A program made the position numbers and the translations under genes. This document shows, in pieces, positions 1 to 8,147 of a stretch of 64,000 nt of DNA. The stretch is from a virus, in the IMG/VR virus record IMGVR_UViG_3300023202_000142, positions 96,001 to 160,000 of that record, one strand, 5' to 3'. The first letter of the stretch is position 1; each line of letters begins with the position of its first letter. The notes under the pieces were generated by a model. The model did no database searches. It had not been told where the DNA came from and saw only the letters and a program-made list of their open reading frames with translations.

Positions 1-1
1 C

Positions 2-901
2 GTGGCTACCCACAGCAAGATGCGCAAGAGGGCGGCTAAGAGTGTGAGGTCGAAGGGTTCCCGTATGAAGACTGCGTTGGGTACTGGGTTGCCCGATGCG
101 GCTGTTGGTGTTGATCGTGTTCAGCAGTCGATCCTTGGGGAGGATGTCGAGATCAAGCGTGATGCACTGGACGAGTCTGTGCTCGATGAGTTCCGGTCGG
201 AGCCCCATCCTTATTTGCGGGACCGCGGCTTCTCGTTGGCCGCCTGGGATGCCTGGGGTCTAATGTGGGAAGAGAACAGGTCTGGAGACCGGATTGTGTT
301 TCCGATCCGGGATGCTGACGGCCGTCTTCTCGCGTATTCGCGCCGCGTCACCTGGGACAAGCCGGTGTGTCAGTGGTGTGGCGCCACGAGTGGTGTCAGG
401 TTCGGCTCAATGCGCAAAAAGGGGGACCCGAAGTCGAAGGGCGGATGCCCCAGATGTCGGAATCGGTGGATTTGGCCGAAGTACCAGCATTCCAAGGGGT
501 TCAAGAGGAATCTGCTTCTGTATGGCGAGCACATGATCAACCGAGACCTGCGGAAAGGGGTCGTTGTCGAGGGCAATCTCGATCCGATTCGTCTGTGGCA
601 GTTCGGTGTCCAGAATGCTGTTGCGACACTAGGGGCCAGCCCAGGGCTTGGTGGCCCAGATAGCGCAAATGGGAGGCCGGCGGAGCAGCTCTATCGCCTG
701 GGCACGATCTTCGATGACATTTTGGTCATCGCAGACGGCGACAAAGCGGGTCGATCGATGGGCCGCATCATCCAAGACTATTTTCATGGTTGGCCGGTCA
801 GTGTTCGCGTTGAGGTGTGCCCTGACGGCCGCGACCCCGGAGACATGGAACCGGACGATCTGCTAGACCTCATCGGACCCTTCGGGGTGCTGGTCGACTA
901 G
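2..901 (+). CDS. dnaG: DNA primase, DnaG/TOPRIM type (5' truncated by window edge)
   Basis: RIVFPIRDADGR and PKYQHS motifs, TOPRIM glutamate in VVVEGNLD, DxD in IADGDKAG; extra CQWC..CPRC insertion. Confidence 0.9.
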   Translation: MATHSKMRKRAAKSVRSKGSRMKTALGTGLPDAAVGVDRVQQSILGEDVEIKRDALDESVLDEFRSEPHPYLRDRGFSLAAWDAWGLMWEENRSGDRIVFPIRDADGRLLAYSRRVTWDKPVCQWCGATSGVRFGSMRKKGDPKSKGGCPRCRNRWIWPKYQHSKGFKRNLLLYGEHMINRDLRKGVVVEGNLDPIRLWQFGVQNAVATLGASPGLGGPDSANGRPAEQLYRLGTIFDDILVIADGDKAGRSMGRIIQDYFHGWPVSVRVEVCPDGRDPGDMEPDDLLDLIGPFGVLVD

Positions 902-914
902 CACAACGTCGCTG

Positions 915-944
915 TTGACGTCATCCGATGAAGTGTACTAAGTT
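915..944 (+). promoter_or_regulatory. Putative sigma70-type promoter upstream of SSB
   Basis: TTGACG at 915-920; weak -10 (CTAAGT at 17 bp or TAAGTT at 18 bp spacing); intergenic. Confidence 0.5.
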
Positions 945-948
945 CACA
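932..948. promoter_or_regulatory. Degenerate operator copy AGTGTA-CTAAG-TTCACA
   Basis: 3 mismatches to TGTGCA-N5-TGCACA; GTG begins 12 nt after the -35 hexamer, the same offset as at the HTH promoter. Confidence 0.45.
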
Positions 949-1026
949 TTTCTAACCAACGAGGGCACGTAAATAGCGGTCAAAGAAGACCCAAATCAGA
1001 CGCCCTACGAAGCAAGGAGAAGCGAA

Positions 1027-1968
1027 ATGGCATCACGAAGATCTGGAGGACGGCGTTCGTCGCGTCGAGGTTCGAGTAAGGGTTCTGGCCGTAAGGGCAG
1101 GGGCTCGCGTCGATCGCGCAAGGATGACGCGCCTGAGCGCGATGAGGCTGCCGGAGGCGAGGAGAATCAGTGGTTCTCGCGCGGCGCTGACAGCCTGGAG
1201 AAAGAGAAGGAAGACAAGAAAGGGCAGTATCGCGGTGGCGGACCCAGGGAGTTCGACCCGCGGCGCATCTTTCGCTGGTTCATTCCGAACACCGAACTGG
1301 GGGAGCCCAAAGAGGTCCTGTTCCTCGAATCGGACTGTCTCAACGCCTGGATGCATCATTTCAAGAATGATGGGAGGTGGGGCAACTGGGAGACGTGTCC
1401 GCGGCTGACGGGCATGAAGGATGAGCACGGGGATCCGGTGAGCTGTCCGCTGTGCGACAAGGACGACAACGTCTCGACGTCGCTGCTGGGTCACTACACG
1501 ATCCTCGATGTCACGGGGTGGGACGGCGGCGACGGTCATCGCATGGGCCTGAAGATCCTTCCGGCGAAGGAAGAACTGGTCAACAAGCTCGCCCGTCGTC
1601 GTGACAAGTTCCTCGATGACGGCCATGACGGTCTGTTCGGCGCGCTGTTTACCGTGGTTCGAGACACCAAAGACTCGGACAACTGCGGCAACGACTGGGC
1701 GTATGAGGAGCACGTCGACGTCGAGCGATTCCTCGAAGACAACTTCGAGGCGATCGCGACTGGCCTGGACTGGTTCCCCGAGGGCTGGTTTTGGGAGGGC
1801 GAGGGAGATGATCGCGAGTACTGGCTCGGTCCGTTCAAGTGGATGGATATCGTCGCTCCGCGCGACCCTGCGGTGATCGCAGACATCATCGGTGCGAACT
1901 ACGATGGTGCCGAGTTTGATCCCGATGATCTCGACGTCGGCGCCGACGACGACGACCCGGGCTACTGA
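1027..1968 (+). CDS. Single-stranded DNA-binding protein, T4 gp32-like
   Basis: H..C..CPLC zinc site (WMHHF..TCP..CPLCD), basic R/S/G N-terminus, acidic C-terminal tail, AAGGAG RBS, replication context. Confidence 0.75.
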   Translation: MASRRSGGRRSSRRGSSKGSGRKGRGSRRSRKDDAPERDEAAGGEENQWFSRGADSLEKEKEDKKGQYRGGGPREFDPRRIFRWFIPNTELGEPKEVLFLESDCLNAWMHHFKNDGRWGNWETCPRLTGMKDEHGDPVSCPLCDKDDNVSTSLLGHYTILDVTGWDGGDGHRMGLKILPAKEELVNKLARRRDKFLDDGHDGLFGALFTVVRDTKDSDNCGNDWAYEEHVDVERFLEDNFEAIATGLDWFPEGWFWEGEGDDREYWLGPFKWMDIVAPRDPAVIADIIGANYDGAEFDPDDLDVGADDDDPGY

Positions 1969-2009
1969 GCCGATTCGGCGCGGTCGGCGTCATAGCCGGC
2001 CGCGCCCTT

Positions 2010-2090
2010 GCGGCACCCACTTCCGAGGAACCGGAAGATGCGGTCGACACGGCTTGTCGTGCTCTCCGCGGGTGCCGCTCCCCCTGGGAG
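2010..2090 (+). ncRNA. Candidate cis-regulatory RNA: three-way junction plus SD-occluding hairpin
   Basis: P1 GCGGCACCC/GGGTGCCGC (2010-2018/2070-2078), P2 CTTCCG/CGGAAG, P3 GCGG/CCGC with CGACA/TGTCG; CTCCC/GGGAG hairpin covers the RBS. Confidence 0.45.
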
Positions 2091-2095
2091 CAACC

Positions 2096-2656
2096 ATGGA
2101 CGTCAATCAGGCAGATGAGATGCTCGACATGTACCGTCGGGCGGTGGAGCAAAACGCCGGAAACGATCGGCTGAGGCCAGTCGCGGGCACGGTGCACGTG
2201 CAGCTCATGCCGGAGATTAATCGGCGTGGTGACCTCATTCTCCCGGGTAAGCCGAAGGCCCTGGGTAACCGGCGGATCTGGTGTCGGTATGGCACTGTGA
2301 TCAATGTTGGTGCGGATGTGCCGATGCTGGGGGTCGGTGATGTCGTATTCTTCTCAAACATGTTGGGCATCCGGTTCAGGGGCTACGGTAATCCGTTGAA
2401 GCTCAAGGATCGCGATGTCGCCCACAGTGACGATGAGATTCGTATCCTGAAGGTGAGCGAGGAGTACACCGAGGTCTGGGGGCGATACACGCCTCATCGC
2501 GTCGGGACAACGATCACCTTCGACAAGCCTGGCGATGGCGTCATGACCGCCGAGGTTGTTGACGAGAGCCCCGCCTATGGCGGCTATTTGAAGATTCGGG
2601 AGGGCGACCACGAGTCGTGGGTCCCATATAAGTGGCTGTGCGATGCTGAGGAATGA
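2096..2656 (+). CDS. groES: GroES/Cpn10-like co-chaperonin with C-terminal extension (start reassigned from 1892)
   Basis: LRPVAGTVHVQ..GDLILPG..GTVINVG..VGDVVFF fits the Cpn10 pattern; GGAG RBS before ATG 2096. Confidence 0.8.
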   Translation: MDVNQADEMLDMYRRAVEQNAGNDRLRPVAGTVHVQLMPEINRRGDLILPGKPKALGNRRIWCRYGTVINVGADVPMLGVGDVVFFSNMLGIRFRGYGNPLKLKDRDVAHSDDEIRILKVSEEYTEVWGRYTPHRVGTTITFDKPGDGVMTAEVVDESPAYGGYLKIREGDHESWVPYKWLCDAEE

Positions 2657-4184
2657 GGTGCGAATCGATGGTCGGGCCTGGGTTCCGCGGGCTGTGCTGA
2701 CCGACAGTCAGGTCAACGCGATTCGCCGAAGCACTACGGTGCGTCTGCGTCCCGGCCCGTATGACGAGGCTGGGGCGGTTATTAAGATGGCCGCCGAGGG
2801 CGATTTCGCGATTGGGCTCCCCAGGGGTTTCTATCACCGGACAGCTCGCGGTGGTCTGCCTGTGGAGTACGATGTTACCGAGACGAGACGAGTGCTGGTC
2901 CCGGCCGTTTTTCCCCGTGATGACATGCAGCGCGAGGGGGTCGACACGTTGTCGAAGTACCTCTTGAGCGAGCGCGTGCGCGAGGGGATGTTGTTGGCCG
3001 CGACCGGCACCGGCAAGACAGTCATGGGGCTTCTGATTGCCGCGAAGATGGGCATGACGACTTTGATTGTCGTGCACACCACGATGCTACTCAACCAGTG
3101 GGTGGAGCGTATCAAGACGGAGCCCGGGGTGTTCCCCGATGCTGATGTCGGAATCTTCCGCGGTGATGACGAGGAGTTCGGCGGCGACTACGACATCGTT
3201 ATCGCGATGGTGCAGACGCTGGCGAACCGTTCCGCCGACCACCCCATCTTCGACTGGCCAGGTTTCATCATCGTTGATGAGTGCCACCGCCTCGGCGCCC
3301 CGACGTGGAATGAGGTTGCACACTACTTCAAGGCGGCGAAGCGTTTGGGGCTAACCGCGACACCGCGGCGAAGTGATGGCGGTGAACAGCTTTTTTTCGA
3401 CACCCTCGGGGATATCGTGTGGGAAGCGAAGGCCCCGATGATGGTGCCTCGCGTGCGCAAGGTGAAGACGGCGTTCCGGTTCAAGAAGGACTCCTATCCG
3501 TTGCACGTCGAGACGACGATCATGGTCCGGGATAGCGCACGCAATGCGTTGATCGTGCAGGAGATAGCGCTCGCAAGGAAGAGCTATCGGCATATCCTGG
3601 TCCTGGTGACCCGCACGGAGCACGCTCTGCGCTTGAAGCGGCTGATTAATGCTCAGGTGTCGGATGCCAGCGTGGGTGTCTGTGTCGGCTCCTGGTACGC
3701 CGATGAGGATGACGCGTTTGAGTACTGCGAGAGCGCGAGAGACTACCAGGATAAGTTCAAGACTGACGAGGGTAAGTACTCAGTCGCGCACAACGAGGAC
3801 AAGGACCGCTGGGAGACAGGGGATCTGATCGATGACGACATCCACAAGGTGTCTTGGAAGGACAAGGACCGTGGCAAGATCAAGAAGGTGAAGCCCCGGC
3901 GCCGCCGTCTCTCCGAGGAGGCGATCAAGGAAGCCGTGCAGTGTGACATCGTGATCGCGACTGAAAAGATGGTGAAGGAAGGGTTTGATGTGCCGAGCCT
4001 GGACACTCTTTTCATCACCATGCCGACGTGGGACCCGGTGCAGTCGACCGGCCGAATTCTTCGGCTTCATGAGGAGAAGCAGGAGCCGATCGTCACCCAC
4101 TTCGTCGACGATAATGTCAAAAAGTATGTTCGGGCATGGCACTCATCACGTAAGCACTACCAGGACCTCGGGTCGGACATATGA
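2643..4184 (+). CDS. Superfamily 2 DNA helicase (UvsW-like); start may be GTG 2658
   Basis: AATGTGKT, DECH, LGLTATP, EGFDVPSLD and QSTGRILR motifs. Confidence 0.92.
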   Translation: MLRNEVRIDGRAWVPRAVLTDSQVNAIRRSTTVRLRPGPYDEAGAVIKMAAEGDFAIGLPRGFYHRTARGGLPVEYDVTETRRVLVPAVFPRDDMQREGVDTLSKYLLSERVREGMLLAATGTGKTVMGLLIAAKMGMTTLIVVHTTMLLNQWVERIKTEPGVFPDADVGIFRGDDEEFGGDYDIVIAMVQTLANRSADHPIFDWPGFIIVDECHRLGAPTWNEVAHYFKAAKRLGLTATPRRSDGGEQLFFDTLGDIVWEAKAPMMVPRVRKVKTAFRFKKDSYPLHVETTIMVRDSARNALIVQEIALARKSYRHILVLVTRTEHALRLKRLINAQVSDASVGVCVGSWYADEDDAFEYCESARDYQDKFKTDEGKYSVAHNEDKDRWETGDLIDDDIHKVSWKDKDRGKIKKVKPRRRRLSEEAIKEAVQCDIVIATEKMVKEGFDVPSLDTLFITMPTWDPVQSTGRILRLHEEKQEPIVTHFVDDNVKKYVRAWHSSRKHYQDLGSDI

Positions 4185-5614
4185 GCAAGACGCCAACGCG
4201 CCAGGAGCGGCTCCGCGCCGTGCAGAAGAACACCCAGAAGGCGATGGGTAAGCATCACCTTGTCTTTGCGGATGCCGGGTACGTGAAACGGCCGATGATC
4301 CCCATCAACTGCATTCAAATGGACGCGGCAATGGGCGGCGGGTTCCAGGCCGGAGGTTTTCACCTGTTGTGGGGCTGGGAGGCCGGTGGCAAGACCACGA
4401 CGGCGCTCAAGGCGCTGTCGAACGCCCAGAAGATGTGTGCGAAGTGCACGACGTTCATTCAGCCGTCGTTGCTTGTTGAGCCGATCGATGAGCCCGACGA
4501 GTGGTTATCGAAGCGGTGGCAGTGCCAGTCCTGCTTCGCGCCGTACCATGAGGACGAGCGACCGATTTCGTCGTTGTATGACTGGACCAAGGAGGAGGGA
4601 GGAGACACCAAGGGGATCGACAAGGCCCATGTCATCTGTGTTGAGTGTGGTGTTCACGGGTCCAAGGATGACGTCTTCGGCAAGCTGGGTGAGAAGGATA
4701 ATTGGGACCGCATTGAAGGTGATGCGAATTGCGAGTGCGGTGCCAACGAGCCGTCGATCGGCCTGTTTGTCGATTTCGAGGGCCGCCTCGACCTGGAGTG
4801 GGCGCAGGCTCTCGGCGTCGATTCGAGCAGGATGCTGCTGGAGGAACCGGAGTACGGCGAGGCGGGCGTTGACGTCATCAGGGAGTGTATCGGTCAGGGG
4901 GTCGTCGACTTCGTTGTGATTGACTCGATCAGTCATATCACGGCGTCAGCAGAGATTGATGCGACCTCGGAGGACGCCGTTGTCGGCACCTCGGCTCGAC
5001 TGGTCAATCGGTTCTTGCGTCAACTCCCTGGTCTACAGCACCGGGCCAGGAACGACTGGGGTGTGCGTCCGACGGTGATCGGCATCAACCAGGTGCGACA
5101 CAAGATCGGAACGTTCGGTGGCCACACGACGTTCGGTGGCGAAGGTCAGAAGTTCTCGGCCTCGTCGACCGTGAAGTTCACGTCTAGCAATGCTGAGCGG
5201 GATCGGGTCCAGGTAGGCCGCAAGACGCGCAAAGAGTATCTGGGTTTGGCGAAGATGACGACGATCAAGGCGCGGACGGAGAAATCGTCGGTGCGCGCGG
5301 TGAGGTCGTTGGATTTCGAAATGTACCTTGTCACCGCCGACCACGATGGTCTCAGGAAGGGTGAGTTCGATGACTACTCGTTGACCTATAACTGGGGTCG
5401 CAGCTCCGGCATTATCGAGAAGAGGTCGTCGGGAGATCCCGGGTATCGCAAGGGTCTTCCGTGGAGTGTAAGGGGGTGGCCTCAGACGTTCCGTACCGCT
5501 GAGGACCTGCAGGACGAGATGCACCGTAACCCGTTCTTCAAGATGCACATCCACCGCCATGTGATCCAGCTTGTGCATGAGGACTGGACGGTACTCAAGG
5601 AGAAGCTGGAGTGA
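4181..5614 (+). CDS. recA: RecA/UvsX recombinase with ~108-aa Cys-rich insertion
   Basis: GWEAGGKTT Walker A, FVDFE, VVIDSI Walker B, INQVRHKIG, GGEGQKFSAS. Confidence 0.93.
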   Translation: MSKTPTRQERLRAVQKNTQKAMGKHHLVFADAGYVKRPMIPINCIQMDAAMGGGFQAGGFHLLWGWEAGGKTTTALKALSNAQKMCAKCTTFIQPSLLVEPIDEPDEWLSKRWQCQSCFAPYHEDERPISSLYDWTKEEGGDTKGIDKAHVICVECGVHGSKDDVFGKLGEKDNWDRIEGDANCECGANEPSIGLFVDFEGRLDLEWAQALGVDSSRMLLEEPEYGEAGVDVIRECIGQGVVDFVVIDSISHITASAEIDATSEDAVVGTSARLVNRFLRQLPGLQHRARNDWGVRPTVIGINQVRHKIGTFGGHTTFGGEGQKFSASSTVKFTSSNAERDRVQVGRKTRKEYLGLAKMTTIKARTEKSSVRAVRSLDFEMYLVTADHDGLRKGEFDDYSLTYNWGRSSGIIEKRSSGDPGYRKGLPWSVRGWPQTFRTAEDLQDEMHRNPFFKMHIHRHVIQLVHEDWTVLKEKLE

Positions 5615-6078
5615 GCGGCGACGACGACAGCAAGTTCTTGCCCGAGGGTCGCCGTGTCTTTGGTTCATTCATCAAGGGTGCCGACAAGAAGTCTCAGAAG
5701 CGAAAGCGCAAACGGTCGATCAGGCAGGAGGATCGCATTGCCGAGGAGATCGGGGGTCGTCGCGTTCCTGGCTCCGGCAACAAGGCGTCGGGAATGCAGG
5801 TTGGTGGCGGTGCCCACGGAACCCGGGGCTCCAGCGGGGACGTGAACTCCAGGGACTTCAAGGTCGAGGCGAAGTACACCGACAAGAAGAGCTACCGTAT
5901 CGATGAGAAGACGGTCCTGAAAGCGTTTTTCGAGGCCGAAACGGAGGGCAAGGATTGGTTGCTCCAGGTGGATATCCATGGGTTCGACTCAGTCGGCCCC
6001 AGCCGCTTCGCCATTCTGGACTGGGACGTGTTTGTTGAGCTGTTGTCGAGGGCAAGAGGGGATGATGAGTCCAGTTAG
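5611..6078 (+). CDS. PD-(D/E)xK endonuclease, Holliday junction resolvase (Hjc-like)
   Basis: EDRIA..GGRRVPGSG followed by GDV..FKVEAK catalytic pattern. Confidence 0.7.
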   Translation: MSGDDDSKFLPEGRRVFGSFIKGADKKSQKRKRKRSIRQEDRIAEEIGGRRVPGSGNKASGMQVGGGAHGTRGSSGDVNSRDFKVEAKYTDKKSYRIDEKTVLKAFFEAETEGKDWLLQVDIHGFDSVGPSRFAILDWDVFVELLSRARGDDESS

Positions 6079-6664
6079 ATACCAGTGTCCAGGCTGTGGC
6101 GCCGGTGCGTTCATTTCGGTGTCGGTAGGCGGGGAGACCTTTCCGCTGAGTCCTGGTGAGCGAATTGATTGCCATAACTGTGACCGATCGTACCGGGCGG
6201 TTGCGTCAACCCCTGCCGGCTTATGGGCGGCACTGCCTGACCAGAGTCGTCGTGCGGTTCGCCGGCAGTGGGCTCAGCTCAAGAGCTGGTCGCGCGTAAA
6301 GCGCGACGGTGACGTCCCCACCGCGACCATTAATGGCATTGTCCTGGACGCCTTGAACGAACTGAAGCGCATCAAGGGGATACAGCGGCCGGTCGATACG
6401 TTGCTGTACTATGCGACTGTAGTGAAGCCGTCGGACGGCCTCTCGGACCTGCTTGACACTGTCATTTGCACACTGATGGAGCAGAGCGCTGTCTTGGAGC
6501 TGTATCGTGATCTGCGGCATTACGAGTGCGACGGTCCACCGCAGACTCTGTTTGAGGAGTCGCGCGGCCTTGTGGATCGCAGGTCCCGTCAGCGCTGGGC
6601 GCATGAAAAGATGGTCGAGTTCGGCTTCCTGAGAGCAAAGCCAAGGGGTCGTCGTGGCCGTTGA
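6062..6664 (+). CDS. Hypothetical protein with N-terminal zinc ribbon
   Basis: CPGC and CHNC pairs; start overlaps upstream gene. Confidence 0.65.
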   Translation: MMSPVRYQCPGCGAGAFISVSVGGETFPLSPGERIDCHNCDRSYRAVASTPAGLWAALPDQSRRAVRRQWAQLKSWSRVKRDGDVPTATINGIVLDALNELKRIKGIQRPVDTLLYYATVVKPSDGLSDLLDTVICTLMEQSAVLELYRDLRHYECDGPPQTLFEESRGLVDRRSRQRWAHEKMVEFGFLRAKPRGRRGR

Positions 6665-7595
6665 CTGGGGTCTCGCTGAAGCACAGTTGCCGTTGTCGTC
6701 TTTCGTTCTGAGGAGGGGGTCACGGTACAAGGATGTTCTGCCGCGTCAGATCGGTGATGCGTTTCGGGGCTCGTCGTTGCGCGACATCTGTCCTCGCCAG
6801 GAGGTGCTTTGCAATATTCATCAGGTCTTTCGGCAGGATGAGATCGAGCCGGATCTTGCCTACATCTTCGCGGTAGGGAACGGCATTCACGAGGCGATTC
6901 AGCAGTCGCTTCTCAAGGACATCATTGTCGGCGCCTGGAGGTGCAGGGGTTGCGGCGCGGTGTATGGGTCGATGGAGGAATTGATCCCGATGCCCGAGCG
7001 GTGTGTCGGCAGGTTGTACGATCACAGGACTGAGGAGTTGACGCAGTGCCCCAACCACAACTTCTCCGAGGATGTCATTACCGATTGGCATCTCCCTGGC
7101 TTCAAATACAAAGAGATCGACCTGCATCACGAGGATCCTCTCGTTTACAGCCACCCTGATGGAGTGTTGTGGAGGGGCAAGGGTTTGCCGCCACAGGGCC
7201 TGACATTCGACAATCCGCTCCTGGAGCTGCTAGAGATCAAATCCGCTTCGTGGGTGGCGATGCTCTACGGGTACGGGCACGGAAAAATAGCGAAAGCGCC
7301 TGTCCCTTATCACGTCGACCAGGCGATGCTCTACATGTGGATCCTTGGGATCAAGCGTGGTCGCCTGCTGTATGTGCGTAAAGAGGGCCGCGGGATTCGG
7401 TCGAGTTTCATTGAGCATACGATTGATCTCGACGATGACCATGTCAGGGACAACATCCTGACGATCCCGCAGACCATCGATGAGGGTATCGAGAGTCGAG
7501 ACCCGACTCGCGCGCAGCGGATCTGCAACAACAAGTCTTGTGCGCGCGCTCGCGCGTGCCCGGTTCGCAAGGAATGCTGGAGTACCGATGAGTGA
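6654..7595 (+). CDS. Cas4-like PD-(D/E)xK exonuclease (solo, phage type)
   Basis: N-terminal ICPR cysteine, HPDG and EIKS catalytic motifs, QAMLYM, C-terminal C..C..CPVRKEC cluster. Confidence 0.85.
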   Translation: MAVDWGLAEAQLPLSSFVLRRGSRYKDVLPRQIGDAFRGSSLRDICPRQEVLCNIHQVFRQDEIEPDLAYIFAVGNGIHEAIQQSLLKDIIVGAWRCRGCGAVYGSMEELIPMPERCVGRLYDHRTEELTQCPNHNFSEDVITDWHLPGFKYKEIDLHHEDPLVYSHPDGVLWRGKGLPPQGLTFDNPLLELLEIKSASWVAMLYGYGHGKIAKAPVPYHVDQAMLYMWILGIKRGRLLYVRKEGRGIRSSFIEHTIDLDDDHVRDNILTIPQTIDEGIESRDPTRAQRICNNKSCARARACPVRKECWSTDE

Positions 7596-8145
7596 GATGG
7601 ACGGTATCCTCTCGAAGGTCGTTTCGAAGATGGACGACTACAAAGAGACTCGACGCTCTGATGTTCCGAAGCTGTTCTTCGGCATTGACCCGGGCTGGAC
7701 AGGCGGCTTTGCAGCCGTCGATCAGTGGGGTCAGTTTGTTCATGCGTTCAGCTTCAAAAAGATGACCGAGACAGACGTCGTTAAGGACATCTGGGCGTGG
7801 TTGGGCCCGAAGCTCGAAGAGGAGTACAGGCCCACGTTTTGCGTTGTGGAGAAGGTGCACGCTATGCCCAAGCAGGGTGTCAGTTCGACCTTCAAGTTCG
7901 GCTGGCAGTTTGGCTTGGTGCGCTCGGCGGTCATCCTGAGTGAGGTCGCCTGGGATGAGGTCCGGCCGGCGAAGTGGCAGAAGAAACTGAAGTGTAGGAC
8001 CGGGGGAGACAAAGGGGTCGCGTTAGCCAGGGCGCAACAGCTCTGGCCTGATGTCGACATGAACAAGACAGGCTACAAGGCGTTCTACGATGCGTTGCTT
8101 CTCGCTGATTACGGGCGGCGCCTGCATCTGGGACTGGAATTCTAA
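7588..8145 (+). CDS. ruvC: RuvC-like Holliday junction resolvase
   Basis: GIDPG, VVEKV, GVSSTFKFG and DALLLADY motifs. Confidence 0.85.
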   Translation: MSEMDGILSKVVSKMDDYKETRRSDVPKLFFGIDPGWTGGFAAVDQWGQFVHAFSFKKMTETDVVKDIWAWLGPKLEEEYRPTFCVVEKVHAMPKQGVSSTFKFGWQFGLVRSAVILSEVAWDEVRPAKWQKKLKCRTGGDKGVALARAQQLWPDVDMNKTGYKAFYDALLLADYGRRLHLGLEF

Positions 8146-8147
8146 CG

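Noticed and set aside
967-976. T4 late promoter (CGTAAATA resembles TATAAATA)
   Set aside because: Single imperfect match ahead of a replication gene and absent before structural genes
1892-2095. Upstream extensions of ORFs 1892, 14528, 19544, 25068 and 38286 in the ORF track
   Set aside because: They run through structured or promoter sequence; downstream ATGs have clear RBSs and begin the recognisable protein
4433-4756. RecA insertion as an intein
   Set aside because: No terminal His-Asn followed by Cys/Ser/Thr and no splicing or LAGLIDADG blocks; cysteines are in CxxC pairs
5978-6000. tRNA T-loop-like GGTTCGACTC
   Set aside because: Inside a CDS with no flanking stem or cloverleaf
6654-7595. 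CRISPR-Cas system
   Set aside because: Only a solo Cas4-like gene; no repeat-spacer array or other cas genes in the window
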